Both the position numbers and the translations under genes were made by a program. From positions 74,078 to 138,077 of the forward strand of contig JACRPL010000003.1 of the NCBI GenBank assembly GCA_016223245.1: a DNA stretch of 64,000 nt. Direction: 5' to 3'. Under the pieces are notes generated by a model. The model worked only from the letters and a program-made list of their open reading frames with translations. It had not been told where the DNA came from and made no database searches. This document shows positions 11,869 to 22,135 of the stretch, one piece after another (the first letter of the stretch is position 1; each line of letters opens with the position of its first letter). This stretch comes from Candidatus Saganbacteria bacterium. Its GTDB lineage: Bacteria > Margulisbacteria > WOR-1 > XYC2-FULL-46-14 > XYC2-FULL-37-10.

Positions 11869-13074
11869 ATGAGAATTACCAATCTTCAAAACATACTTTC
11901 GAGCTGCAAAGTTCGGCATCGTTTGACAGATTTGAATGCTTTAGGGCGGTTTAACCATGAAAGAGCCGCTGAAGTTTTGAAAAGAAAATCTCTTTATAGA
12001 GCTTTTTCAGATCTGGGGATGTCCTCGTCGTTTGGCACTCCTTCATATAATACAGGTTTAAGTGGTTTTATTAGGGCTGAAGATTGCGATAATGCGAATA
12101 ATGAAAGAGAAGTACAAAGGATGTTCGATCGATTCGATGGAATGCGAAAAAAAAGTGACGCAACTTCCCCTCAAATTGATATTTCAACATTGCTTCGCCA
12201 TGGAAACATTGGCATTCCCGATGAGGTGGAGATAAAGTCCGCAGCAAAATTATTGCAAATAATTTCATGTTTTGAGATGGATGAGCAAAATATAGCAATG
12301 ATGATGCTTAGCCTGCAGGCAGATCTTGGCGAGTTATCGGATGATACGCGCCTTGTTCCCTTATGTTTAATAACAGAAAAAGTTTTTCCTGAAGAATTCG
12401 GCAGATCGGAGCTATCACGCTATTTTGATGGATATTTTAGGGCCCAAAGCGACAAATTGTTCGATAATATTGCAACAAAGCGCGGAGACTTCGCCGGTTT
12501 GGGAAATGTTTTGGACGCAATGCGGGCAATTAAAAGGGAATTATTTTGTCCAAGAGAAGAGGCGATTTATGCTTATAATAATTCACCTTTACCGATCGGA
12601 TCAGGGCAAACCATATCCCAGCCCGAGATCGTTGCCATTATGACTGCTTTGCTTGATCTGCACGGGACGGAACGTGTTCTTGAGATCGGGACCGGATCAG
12701 GCTACCAGGCGGCTGTACTATCGCGGCTGGCGCGGGAAGTTTATACGATCGAAAGGTTTCCCGGACTCGCGGAAAAGGCAAAAATAGTTTTAAAACAAAT
12801 AGGGGCAGACAATGTTGCCGTAATAGTCGGCAATGGAATATCGGGTTCGATCGAGAAGGCTCCCTTTGACCGAATACTTGTAACCGCAATGGCCGACCAT
12901 ATTCCGGAGGCCCTCCTTGGCCAGCTAAAGGAGGGAGGTCGAATGGTAATACCTGTTGCAAAACAAAAAGGCGGCAACTTTGGCATGCTTAACATGATCG
13001 ATCGCCGCGGCGGGGAAATATTGGTCAAGGAAATATTATTATGTGCTTTTGTCGAGCTGGTGAATGAAGGGTAG
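11869..13074 (+). CDS. Protein-L-isoaspartate O-methyltransferase domain fused to an unknown ~210-aa N-terminal region
   Basis: C-terminal PLPIGSGQTISQP, VLEIGTGSGYQAA, APFDRILVTA, QLKEGGRMV. Confidence 0.85.
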   Translation: MRITNLQNILSSCKVRHRLTDLNALGRFNHERAAEVLKRKSLYRAFSDLGMSSSFGTPSYNTGLSGFIRAEDCDNANNEREVQRMFDRFDGMRKKSDATSPQIDISTLLRHGNIGIPDEVEIKSAAKLLQIISCFEMDEQNIAMMMLSLQADLGELSDDTRLVPLCLITEKVFPEEFGRSELSRYFDGYFRAQSDKLFDNIATKRGDFAGLGNVLDAMRAIKRELFCPREEAIYAYNNSPLPIGSGQTISQPEIVAIMTALLDLHGTERVLEIGTGSGYQAAVLSRLAREVYTIERFPGLAEKAKIVLKQIGADNVAVIVGNGISGSIEKAPFDRILVTAMADHIPEALLGQLKEGGRMVIPVAKQKGGNFGMLNMIDRRGGEILVKEILLCAFVELVNEG

Positions 13075-13145
13075 CCTTCGCGACCTGTCCGGCGGAGTTC
13101 GGGCGAAGGAGGATTGCGGGGCTTTTTTTGAAAATTTATTGCCGC

Positions 13146-13610
13146 CTAGGCATGCTTGCCGGTTCTGCTGTAGTAATTTTTGGCTTCATCATGAATGAAC
13201 GACCAATCGAAATCGACCAGTTTAACCAGGATATGAGACGCATAATTGTTCTTGACGTTTTTGGTGAATTCCGCCTCGAAAAGATTTCCGCCGAAACCTT
13301 TTAACTCCTTGAACATAAGACACCTCCTGAATAAGATAAAACAATTATAGCAAACGAGAAAAAGCCGGAAATTCAAGCAGGAGAGAAGCCAATAGAAGTT
13401 GGCAAAATTTCAACAAAGATTTCAAAAAATATTTTTATCGCAATGACAAGATTATTTATCGGCTTTTAAGCTGAATTAGAATAGGGCTTGAGCTCAGTGG
13501 GCTTGACAAGTTATAATGCTATTAGCAAAAGGGCACGAGGAAACCGCGACGCTTGTCCCGATTCCCACATCGGGATTTAGTCGCAGGTTTCCGAGTTGCT
13601 AACTGGTCTC
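13146..13610 (-). mobile_element. IS5/IS1182-like left-end remnant with truncated transposase N-terminus
   Basis: MFKELKGFGGNLFEAEF…DFDWSFI is homologous to the 32244 ORF; TIR TTGCTAACTGGTCTC ends at 13610. Confidence 0.85.
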
Positions 13611-13635
13611 AATTAGTACCAATTGGAGGATATCC

Positions 13636-13878
13636 ATGACAAAAGTTAAAATTAAGGATATTTATAAATTTATCTTAAAAGTCTTCCCTAGTACGCCAAA
13701 CGGGGATTTGTTGGTTGATGTAGAAAATGGCAACAAAATAATATTATCTTCGCCTAATAAAGGTGGTATTGTCAGCAAAACATCCGGTATTTTAAAAATA
13801 AAGACTAATGGCATTCAATTTGAAAACAAATTGCGCCGTTCGGCGAAGAAACGTTTAAAAAGGGAAGTTTCAAAATAA
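13636..13878 (+). CDS. Putative antitoxin
   Basis: Small gene directly upstream of a PIN toxin; the VENGNKIILSS…GILK pattern resembles AbrB-type antitoxin C-termini. Confidence 0.55.
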   Translation: MTKVKIKDIYKFILKVFPSTPNGDLLVDVENGNKIILSSPNKGGIVSKTSGILKIKTNGIQFENKLRRSAKKRLKREVSK

Positions 13879-13881
13879 GTA

Positions 13882-14253
13882 ATGCTTATTGATACCAATA
13901 TTATTATCGACCATCTTCGTGGAGAAGAAAAAGCTTCAGCACTTCTTTCAAAAATAGAAAATGGGATAATAAAAGGGTATATCTCTACGATAGTTGAAGC
14001 AGAGGTCTTGTCCGGTTTCCATCTAAATGCAAGAAAAGTCGAAGAAATTAATAAACTATTAAGCATATTTCAGAGAATTGAAATTGATTCTGAAATTGCT
14101 CAAATAGGAGCAGAGTTTAGGCGCAAATATAGATGCGATTTAATAGATGGCTTGATCGCCGCATGCGCTTGGAAAATGGGAGTAGAGTTGGTTACAAGAA
14201 ATATCCGCCACTTTATTAACATAAAAGAAATTTCTCTGCATCATTTGGATTAG
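13882..14253 (+). CDS. vapC: VapC/PIN-domain toxin
   Basis: LIDTNIIID, E-x-E, DLIDGLIAA, LVTRNIRHF. Confidence 0.92.
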   Translation: MLIDTNIIIDHLRGEEKASALLSKIENGIIKGYISTIVEAEVLSGFHLNARKVEEINKLLSIFQRIEIDSEIAQIGAEFRRKYRCDLIDGLIAACAWKMGVELVTRNIRHFINIKEISLHHLD

Positions 14254-14264
14254 AAGTTTTATCT

Positions 14265-17200
14265 ATGCAATATAATAATTTTCCAAAAAAACAAGGCCTT
14301 TACGATCCCTCATACGAACATGACAGCTGTGGAGTCGGGTTTTTATGCGATATAAAGGGCAAAAAATCGAACGCAACGGTTTTACAATCCCTTGAGGCAT
14401 TAAGACGGCTTGCTCATCGCGGGGCTACCGGAGCCGACCCAAAAACTGGCGATGGAGCAGGTATTTTGCTTCAAATCCCTCATGATTTCTTAGTCCACGA
14501 ATGTTCTAAGTTAAAGATCGATCTTCCTCAAAGCGGATCTTACGGCACAGGAACTATTTTCTTTCCAAAAGATAAAAAAGACAGGGAATTTTGCAAAGAT
14601 GTGTTCAAGAAAGCCATCGAAGCCGCAGGGCAGAAGCTTTTAGGTTACAGGGACGTTCCTCTTGATAACTCGGTAATTGGCGAAACTGCAAAGCTTACAG
14701 AGCCTGTAATTGAGCAAATCTTTATTGGGAAAGGTCCCTCGACTTCGCTCGGGGTAAACTCCGATGCAGAAAATGAACAATTGGATTTTGGACGAAAGCT
14801 CTATGTAATTCGTAAAGAAGTCGAAACAACGATCCGAAATTCTAGCACCAAACAGAAGTTATTTTTCTATATTACAAATATTTCTTCAAGAACTATGCTT
14901 TATAAAGGATTACTCATGCCGGATCAGGTCGAAAACTTCTTTCTTGACCTGAAAGACCCAAGAATTGTTTCAGCTTTATGCCTTGTCCACTCCCGTTATA
15001 GTACAAATACGTTTCCAACATGGGACCTGGCCCAGCCATTCAGATTTCTTGCCCATAACGGCGAAATAAATACTCTTCGCGGGAATATTAATTGGATGAG
15101 AGCTCGCGAAGGGCTTCTAAAGAGTGAAATGTTCGGATCCGACATCGAAAAATTGAAACCCATTATTGTTCCGGGCGGATCGGATTCTGCCGCGATCGAT
15201 AATGCCTTGGAATTATTGATCTTGTCAGGACGAAGTTTGCCGCATTCAATGATGATGCTTATCCCCGGTGCTTGGGAGCAGAACAAACTGATGGATGAAG
15301 GGTTGAAGGATTTTTATAAATTTCATGCTTGCTTTATGGAGCCATGGGACGGTCCAGCCGCTATGGCTTTTACCGATGGTACAAGAATAGGGGCTTTACT
15401 TGATAGGAACGGATTGCGTCCAGCAAGATACCTGATCACAAAAGATGATAAAGTCTTGATGGCTTCCGAGCTTGGCGTTTTGGACATCGATCCAAAAAAT
15501 ATAAAAGTTTCGGGCCGTCTCGAGCCTGGTAAGATCTTCTTTATCGACACGGAAGAAGGCCGCATTGTAAATGACCATGAAGTCAAGAAAACAATGTCGG
15601 AGAGAAAGCCTTACAGGAAATGGCTTACTGATAATTTAGTGGATCTTGACCAACTCACCCCATCCCTCGCTTCGTTCGGGTTTCCCCCTCTCTTAATAAG
15701 AGAGGGGGATAAAAGGGGTGAGTTATTAACCGAATTGAGTGCTTTCGGCTACACGAGGGAAGACTTAAAGATCGTGATTAAACCTATGGCTGAAACCGGG
15801 AAAGAGCCTATTGGATCGATGGGGAATGATACCCCGATCTCGGTGCTTTCAAAACATTCGCAAAGCCTTTACTCGTACTTTAAGCAATTATTCGCGCAGG
15901 TTACAAATCCACCGATCGATCCTATCCGTGAAGAATGCGTAATGGGGCTTGATAGTTTTGTCGGGTCCCAAAAGAATATTCTCGATGAGACCCCGGAGCA
16001 TTGCCAAAAATTATACGTAAAGCATCCGATATTGACAAATGACGACCTAAATAAAATTGTTGATATCAATATAAATGGATTTAAGACAAAAATCATCTCG
16101 ATCTTGTTCCCAATAAATGACAAGAATAATTTGGTCAAAGCATTGGATAATATTTGTACCGATGCTGTTAAAGCGATAAAAGATGGTTATTCTTTCATAG
16201 TTTTATCCGATAGGGGAGTCGGCAAAGAGAAAGCCGCGATACCCGCATTGCTTGCGGTTGGCGCAGTCCATCAGCATTTGATTAAAAATGCGATGCGTAC
16301 ACAGATCGGCATAATTCTTGAATCCGGCGAACCTCGAGAGGTCCATCATTTTGGCGTTCTGTTCGGATTTGGAGCCGACTGCATCAATCCTTATTTGGCT
16401 TATGAAGTTGTCGAATATTTGATAACCGATAAACAATTAGATATTGATCCGGATATTGCATTGAAGAACTATCGCAAATCAATTGATGCCGGCATGCTTA
16501 AGATCCTCTCAAAAATGGGAATTTCAACTTTGCAAAGTTATCGTGGAGCTCAAATATTTGAAGCGCTTGGAATATCCGACGAAGTAATCGAAAAATGCTT
16601 TACAGGGACGACTTCTCGCATAGGCGGCGTAACGTTTGAAACAATAGCAATAGAAATTTTAGAAAAACATCGAATTGCATATCCAAAAAGGGAAGAAAGC
16701 GGAAGAATTCTTCCTCCGGGAGGCCTATATCAATTCCGCCGCGACGGCGAATTCCATCTTTGGAACCCGGAAAGCATCTCCGCGATCCAGGATGCCGCGA
16801 AAAAAAATGATCACGCAAGGTATAAAGAATTTGCAGCTCTTATAAACGATCAATCTAAGAATCCGACAACTATCAGGGGCGTATTGAAGTTTAAGAAGAC
16901 AAACCCAATTCTGATTGAGTCCGTTGAGCCTATTGGATCTATTTTAAAACGTTTTGTAACAGGGGCCATGAGCTTTGGCTCTATCAGCCGCGGTGCGCAT
17001 GAAACTTTAGCCATTGCCATGAACCATATCCATGGCAGGTCAAATACAGGCGAAGGAGGGGAAGACCCTGCAAGGTTCGCCGACAATAGAAGGTCTGCTG
17101 TCAAGCAAGTAGCTTCCGGCCGTTTTGGCGTCACTACTAACTATTTGGTTAATGCAGATGAGATACAAATAAAGATGGCGCAGGGAGCTAAGCCTGGCGA

Positions 17201-18833
17201 GGGCGGACAGCTTCCCGGCCATAAGGTTTCTGCGATCATAGCAAAAACTCGATACACGACGCAAGGGGTTACTTTAATATCTCCTCCGCCGCACCATGAT
17301 ATTTATTCGATTGAAGACTTGGCACAACTGATATTCGATCTAAAAAATGTCAATCCAAGAGCCATGATTTCAGTAAAACTTGTATCCGAGATCGGGGTTG
17401 GAACTGTTGCCGCCGGTGTCGCTAAAGGCCATGCCGATATGATCTTGGTTTCAGGCGGTGATGGAGGAACAGGGGCATCTCCAATAAGCTCAATTAAACA
17501 TGCCGGGCTTCCCTGGGAGCTTGGGATATCGGAAACCCATCAAACATTGGTATTAAATGATCTGCGATCCCGTGTCAGGCTCCAAACCGATGGCCAAATG
17601 AGGACAGGGCGAGATGTGGCTATCGCCGCGATACTTGGCGCCGAAGAATACGGTTTTTGTACGGCTGCACTGATCGTTATGGGATGCGTAATGCTGCGCC
17701 ACTGCCATTTAAACAACTGTTCAGTTGGAGTTGCGACCCAAGACGATATCTTGGAAGCAAAATTTGCAGGGAATCCGGATCACGTTGTAAATTATTTCAC
17801 TTTCATAGCTTCAGAATTGAGGGAAATAATGGCAAGCCTTGGAATTTCTAAGATCGACGATCTTGTGGGGCGCGTTGACCTGCTTGAAACAAATACGGGC
17901 ATTTTATCTTGGAAATCAAAAGATATCGATCTTTCAAAGGTCCTTTATAAGCCGGAAATCCAAAATAATGTCGGGATCTATCGCACAAAAGAACAGGATC
18001 ACGGCATTGACAATGTATTGGACAGGAAATTGATCAAAATTTCTAAACCTGCATTGAACAGCAGGAAGGCGGTCTTGGAAGAACTTAAGATACAAAACGT
18101 CAACAGGACCACGGGCGCTATGCTTTCCGGTGAAATCTGCAAGCGTTTTGGCGAATCGGGTCTTCCGGATGATACTATTAAATTTAAATTCAATGGTGTT
18201 GCGGGACAAAGTTTTGGCGCATTTTTGGCTAAAGGCGCGACTTTTGAACTCGAGGGCTTTGCGAACGATTATGTCGGCAAAGGGATATCCGGAGGAAAAG
18301 TTATTATTTATCCCGATAAGAACACCGGCTACAAGCCCGATGAAAATATTTTGATCGGCAATACTGCATTTTACGGCGCAATAAATGGCGAAGCATATAT
18401 TAAAGGCGTTGCGGGCGAGAGATTCTGCATCAGGAATTCCGGCCTTAATGGCGTCGTTGAAGGCGTTGGTGACCATGGATGCGAATATATGACCGGCGGG
18501 CACATTGTAATATTGGGCGCGACCGGACGCAATTTCGGCGCAGGGATGTCCGGCGGCGTCGCTTATGTTTATGATCTAGACAAAAAATTCAAGGACAGGT
18601 GCAATTTCGAGATGATAGAACTGCAGGAATTGGACGAAAGGGACCGCGTCGTCCTATACGACCTATTGAGAAAGCATCATTTGAACACGAATTCTCTGAA
18701 GGCGAAGTATATACTGGATAATTTGGACAAAGAAATAAAGAAATTCGTTAAAGTAATGCCCATCGAATATAAAAGGCTTTTAGAACAGAAAAAACTTGAA
18801 GAAAAATTAGCGCTAGACCAAGGAGCAGACTAA
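14265..18833 (+). CDS. gltB: Glutamate synthase large subunit
   Basis: EHDSCGVGF, HSRYSTNT, MSFGSIS, QGAKPGEGGQLPG, CHLNNC, GXGXG C-terminal domain. Confidence 0.98.
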   Translation: MQYNNFPKKQGLYDPSYEHDSCGVGFLCDIKGKKSNATVLQSLEALRRLAHRGATGADPKTGDGAGILLQIPHDFLVHECSKLKIDLPQSGSYGTGTIFFPKDKKDREFCKDVFKKAIEAAGQKLLGYRDVPLDNSVIGETAKLTEPVIEQIFIGKGPSTSLGVNSDAENEQLDFGRKLYVIRKEVETTIRNSSTKQKLFFYITNISSRTMLYKGLLMPDQVENFFLDLKDPRIVSALCLVHSRYSTNTFPTWDLAQPFRFLAHNGEINTLRGNINWMRAREGLLKSEMFGSDIEKLKPIIVPGGSDSAAIDNALELLILSGRSLPHSMMMLIPGAWEQNKLMDEGLKDFYKFHACFMEPWDGPAAMAFTDGTRIGALLDRNGLRPARYLITKDDKVLMASELGVLDIDPKNIKVSGRLEPGKIFFIDTEEGRIVNDHEVKKTMSERKPYRKWLTDNLVDLDQLTPSLASFGFPPLLIREGDKRGELLTELSAFGYTREDLKIVIKPMAETGKEPIGSMGNDTPISVLSKHSQSLYSYFKQLFAQVTNPPIDPIREECVMGLDSFVGSQKNILDETPEHCQKLYVKHPILTNDDLNKIVDININGFKTKIISILFPINDKNNLVKALDNICTDAVKAIKDGYSFIVLSDRGVGKEKAAIPALLAVGAVHQHLIKNAMRTQIGIILESGEPREVHHFGVLFGFGADCINPYLAYEVVEYLITDKQLDIDPDIALKNYRKSIDAGMLKILSKMGISTLQSYRGAQIFEALGISDEVIEKCFTGTTSRIGGVTFETIAIEILEKHRIAYPKREESGRILPPGGLYQFRRDGEFHLWNPESISAIQDAAKKNDHARYKEFAALINDQSKNPTTIRGVLKFKKTNPILIESVEPIGSILKRFVTGAMSFGSISRGAHETLAIAMNHIHGRSNTGEGGEDPARFADNRRSAVKQVASGRFGVTTNYLVNADEIQIKMAQGAKPGEGGQLPGHKVSAIIAKTRYTTQGVTLISPPPHHDIYSIEDLAQLIFDLKNVNPRAMISVKLVSEIGVGTVAAGVAKGHADMILVSGGDGGTGASPISSIKHAGLPWELGISETHQTLVLNDLRSRVRLQTDGQMRTGRDVAIAAILGAEEYGFCTAALIVMGCVMLRHCHLNNCSVGVATQDDILEAKFAGNPDHVVNYFTFIASELREIMASLGISKIDDLVGRVDLLETNTGILSWKSKDIDLSKVLYKPEIQNNVGIYRTKEQDHGIDNVLDRKLIKISKPALNSRKAVLEELKIQNVNRTTGAMLSGEICKRFGESGLPDDTIKFKFNGVAGQSFGAFLAKGATFELEGFANDYVGKGISGGKVIIYPDKNTGYKPDENILIGNTAFYGAINGEAYIKGVAGERFCIRNSGLNGVVEGVGDHGCEYMTGGHIVILGATGRNFGAGMSGGVAYVYDLDKKFKDRCNFEMIELQELDERDRVVLYDLLRKHHLNTNSLKAKYILDNLDKEIKKFVKVMPIEYKRLLEQKKLEEKLALDQGAD
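14736..14755. repeat. Palindrome inserted in frame in gltB
   Basis: CCCTCGACTTCGCTCGGGGT; relatives at 31508-31530 (reverse complement) and 41971-41990; encodes PSTSLG. Confidence 0.7.
15652..15724. repeat. 73-bp palindromic element in frame in gltB
   Basis: AACTCACCCC…CCCCCTCTCTTAATAAGAGAGGGGG…GGGGTGAGTT; near-identical inverted copy in the intergenic region at 26728-26800. Confidence 0.92.
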
Positions 18834-20269
18834 TGGTTGGGGATCCAAGAGGATTTTTAAAAAACAAAAGGATCGCATCGGAATACCGTCCGGTTTGCGA
18901 ACGCGTAAAAGATTATAAACAGGTCTTTGTATTAAGGCCCGATGAAGTGACGCGCGAGCAAGCTCGCCGCTGTATGGATTGCGGAACGCCCTTTTGCCAT
19001 TCAGGATGTCCTATAGGCAATATTATCCCCGAATGGAATGAATTTATATATCACAATCAGTGGCAAAAAGCATTCGATATGCTTAATTCGACAAACAATC
19101 TTCCTGAAATTACCGGCCGTGTATGTCCTGCGCCATGTGAATATGCATGTGTATTAGGCATTAACAATGATCCGGTAACAATTCGTGAAAATGAGCTTGG
19201 AATAATCGAACATGCATTCAAGGAAGGCCTAATTAAAGCAAATCCGCCAAAAGTCCGCACAGGGAAATCAGTTGCTGTCGTAGGATCCGGTCCTGCTGGC
19301 CTTTCATGCGCCGCACAGCTAAATAGCGCAGGACATAAAATCACCGTTTTTGAAAGAGATGAGCAACTCGGCGGCATTATGCGCTATGGTATCCCTGATT
19401 TCAAACTCGAAAAGAGTGTCTTAGACCGAAGAATTGATATTTGGAAGCAGGAAGGCATTGAATTTAAGACAAACACTAATATTGGGAAAGATATTCCTGC
19501 AGAAAAGCTTACAAAAGAATTTGATGCCGTGTGTTTAACAGGCGGCGCGAAATTTCCAAGAGACCTTGCAATAGAAGGACGAAATCTTAAAGGCATTTAT
19601 TTCGCCATGGAATATTTAACCCAATCAAACAAACTTATTGCTGGTGCAAATATAACAGATCCGATTTCTGCAAAGGGAAAGAGTGTTGTAGTTATAGGCG
19701 GCGGCGATACGGGATCTGATTGTGTCGGAACAGCAAATAGGCAGGGAGCTTCATGCGTTGTTCAAATTGAATTAATGCCTATGCCTTCAAAAGATAGGAC
19801 TGAAAACTTCACATGGCCTAAATATCCTTTAATTCTAAAGACTTCTTCAAGCCACGAAGAAGGTGTTACCCGAAAGTGGTCAATTATGACAAAGTCATTT
19901 AAGGGTCAAGGCCATGCCTACCGGCAGGCAGGGTCAAGGGTAATGGGGCTTGAATGTATGCAAGTCGATGAAAAATTGAAAGAGATACCAGGGACAGAAT
20001 TTGAGATCAAAGCTGATCTCGTTTTTCTTGCTTTGGGTTTCTTGGGGCCTGAAAAAACAGGAATGATAACCGAGCTTAGGCTGGAACTCGATCCAAGGTC
20101 AAATATTAAGACCGATGCTAATTATATGACATCGCGCAAAGGCGTGTTCTCGGCAGGAGATATGCGCCGTGGACAATCGCTAATTGTTTGGGCGATATCT
20201 GAAGGGCGCAAGGCCGCGCGGTTAATCGATGAATACTTGGTCGGCGATTCAACTCTGCCTATAATGTAG
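18833..20269 (+). CDS. gltD: Glutamate synthase small subunit
   Basis: RCMDCGTPFC, GRVCPAPC, GSGPAGL, IGGGDTGSDC, GDMRRGQSLIVWAI. Confidence 0.97.
   Translation: MVGDPRGFLKNKRIASEYRPVCERVKDYKQVFVLRPDEVTREQARRCMDCGTPFCHSGCPIGNIIPEWNEFIYHNQWQKAFDMLNSTNNLPEITGRVCPAPCEYACVLGINNDPVTIRENELGIIEHAFKEGLIKANPPKVRTGKSVAVVGSGPAGLSCAAQLNSAGHKITVFERDEQLGGIMRYGIPDFKLEKSVLDRRIDIWKQEGIEFKTNTNIGKDIPAEKLTKEFDAVCLTGGAKFPRDLAIEGRNLKGIYFAMEYLTQSNKLIAGANITDPISAKGKSVVVIGGGDTGSDCVGTANRQGASCVVQIELMPMPSKDRTENFTWPKYPLILKTSSSHEEGVTRKWSIMTKSFKGQGHAYRQAGSRVMGLECMQVDEKLKEIPGTEFEIKADLVFLALGFLGPEKTGMITELRLELDPRSNIKTDANYMTSRKGVFSAGDMRRGQSLIVWAISEGRKAARLIDEYLVGDSTLPIM
19912..19932. repeat. 21-bp palindrome in frame in gltD
   Basis: CCATGCCTACCGGCAGGCAGG; one mismatch from the feoB copy at 59633-59653. 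Confidence 0.85.
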
Positions 20270-20277
20270 AAGTCCCG

Positions 20278-20306
20278 TTGAAATTTTCAAATTTTTCTCA
20301 AGATAT
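20278..20306 (+). promoter_or_regulatory. sigma28-like promoter motif (weaker match)
   Basis: TTGAAATTT-N12-CAAGATAT upstream of the HD gene. Confidence 0.4.
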
Positions 20307-20312
20307 ACTAAT

Positions 20313-21134
20313 ATGCTTACTGTTTTACATGTAAATACGGCATCCGCCTTAAGGATGAGCGAAACTTTATTCGAGGCTCTGGCTCCGAAAGTATCGCTGA
20401 GGTTCAGGCCATTGCTCAATCCTTATCATCCGCTCCAGACAAAGCTTCGTGAAATAATGCCCGGCGCATATATCCATAGTTTATGCGTTGGGTCTGCCGC
20501 GGCAATAGCCGCAAGCCACATTGGCGCAAATGCAGATCTTGCAAGATGCATCGGGATTTACCATGATACGGGAAAGCTCGCTAATCCGGATTTTTTTGCA
20601 GGCGCAGTTTCCGGCGACAGGCTTCAGGCTCTAACAATAAAGGACAAGCAAGAATTGGCATTATTGCTCCTTCATCCATGGAATTCAGCCAGAATTCTTG
20701 GCCAATATCAGGGGTTTCCTCCCAAGGTTTTGGAAGGTGTTGAACAGCATCACGGCCGCATGCGGACGTATGCCAATATTGGCGCTGCATTATTGGGAAC
20801 AATAACAGAGCCCGACCTGCATTACCCGGGGACTCTGCCAACAACCAAAGAAGCGGCCCTTGTGATGATAGCCGATAACTCGGAAGCGTATCTTGCCAAA
20901 TTGTACAGGGATAATAGGATACCAAATGATCCTACCAGGAAATTCTTTCGAGGTGTTGTCCATAAGGTTATACTTGATTTGATGGGGACAAATCAATTTT
21001 CCAACAGCCATCTTACAATACCTGAGATCGAAAAAGCCGAAGGCATTATAATGTGGTTCTTTTATCGGTATTACAACGGCCTTCCCATAGACCACACCCC
21101 AGACCAGTTCCGCAAGCACGACCGCTCTGCGTAG
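20313..21134 (+). CDS. Stand-alone HD(IG)-domain phosphohydrolase resembling the cytoplasmic domain of PgpH/7TM-HD proteins
   Basis: HPL…PGAYIHS…IGANADL…YHDTGK…QHHG…YPG…KEAALVMIAD; no TM segments. Confidence 0.8.
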   Translation: MLTVLHVNTASALRMSETLFEALAPKVSLRFRPLLNPYHPLQTKLREIMPGAYIHSLCVGSAAAIAASHIGANADLARCIGIYHDTGKLANPDFFAGAVSGDRLQALTIKDKQELALLLLHPWNSARILGQYQGFPPKVLEGVEQHHGRMRTYANIGAALLGTITEPDLHYPGTLPTTKEAALVMIADNSEAYLAKLYRDNRIPNDPTRKFFRGVVHKVILDLMGTNQFSNSHLTIPEIEKAEGIIMWFFYRYYNGLPIDHTPDQFRKHDRSA

Positions 21135-21240
21135 CAGCGCCTCTAAGGCGCTGAAATTATAGCAAACGACCGAGCCTAAGAGGCTCGGCTACGCGGAGTA
21201 AGTAATCCTTTTTCTGCAGGCCATGATATAATTCTTACAA

Positions 21241-22125
21241 ATGAACAGGATATTGCATAAAGACAAGCTCTCGGAAAATACTTCAAAAATAATAGTTGAA
21301 ACTCCTCATATTGCAAATGCCGCAAAACCGGGACAGTTTATTGTCGTTGTGCCTACAGAGAAGGCCGAAAGGATCCCTTTGACCATAGCCGACCATGATA
21401 TTAAAAAGGGAACGATAACGATAATTTTTCAAATAATCGGGGCAACAACAAAAGTGTTGGATTCTCTAAAAGCCGGAAATGAAATTGCGCATCTTTTGGG
21501 TCCTTTGGGCGTTCCGTCCGAGATCGAAAAGTTCGGAAGGGTTGTCATTATCGGCGGTGGGGTTGGAATTGCCGAGATCTATCCTCTAGTTAAGTCGCTA
21601 AAAGAAACTGGCAATGAAGTCGTTTCGATAATTGGTGCTAGAAACAAAGACCTATTGATCTATGAAGAAGAACTTAGATTACAGAGCACGGATCTTCGGG
21701 TTGCAACTGATGACGGATCTTCTGGAATTAAGGGGTTCGTCTCGGATATCTTAATGGAAATGATCTCTAAAAAAGAGAAAATTGATAGGGTAATAGCCGT
21801 AGGGCCGACTCCGATGATGAAAGTCATATGTGATATCACAAAACCATATAAAATAAGGACGATTGTTTCGCTAAATACCCTAATGCTTGATGCAACAGGC
21901 ATGTGTGGTATTTGCAGGATAACTGTCGGCGGGAAAATTAAGTTTTCGTGCGTCGATGGCCCCGAATTTGACGGGCATGAAGTCGATTTTGTCGAATTAT
22001 CTTCTCGGTTAAGAATGTTTAAAGATGTTGAAAAGCAAGCAATGGATCATGTTTGCAGGCTTATGACCCCCACTGACCCTTCGGAACATCTCCCCATGGC
22101 TAAGGGGGAGAATGAGAGGGGGTAA
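21241..22125 (+). CDS. nfnA: Nfn/sulfide dehydrogenase small (ferredoxin-NADP reductase-like) subunit
   Basis: PGQFI, ERIPLTIAD, GGGVG, DATGMCGICR, CVDGPEFD. Confidence 0.9.
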   Translation: MNRILHKDKLSENTSKIIVETPHIANAAKPGQFIVVVPTEKAERIPLTIADHDIKKGTITIIFQIIGATTKVLDSLKAGNEIAHLLGPLGVPSEIEKFGRVVIIGGGVGIAEIYPLVKSLKETGNEVVSIIGARNKDLLIYEEELRLQSTDLRVATDDGSSGIKGFVSDILMEMISKKEKIDRVIAVGPTPMMKVICDITKPYKIRTIVSLNTLMLDATGMCGICRITVGGKIKFSCVDGPEFDGHEVDFVELSSRLRMFKDVEKQAMDHVCRLMTPTDPSEHLPMAKGENERG

Positions 22126-22135
22126 AAGGTTTACT

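Noticed and set aside
21135..21200. Integron attC sites in the intergenic hairpins
   Set aside because: No RYYYAAC/GTTRRRY ends and no integrase; they are better treated as REP-like hairpins.
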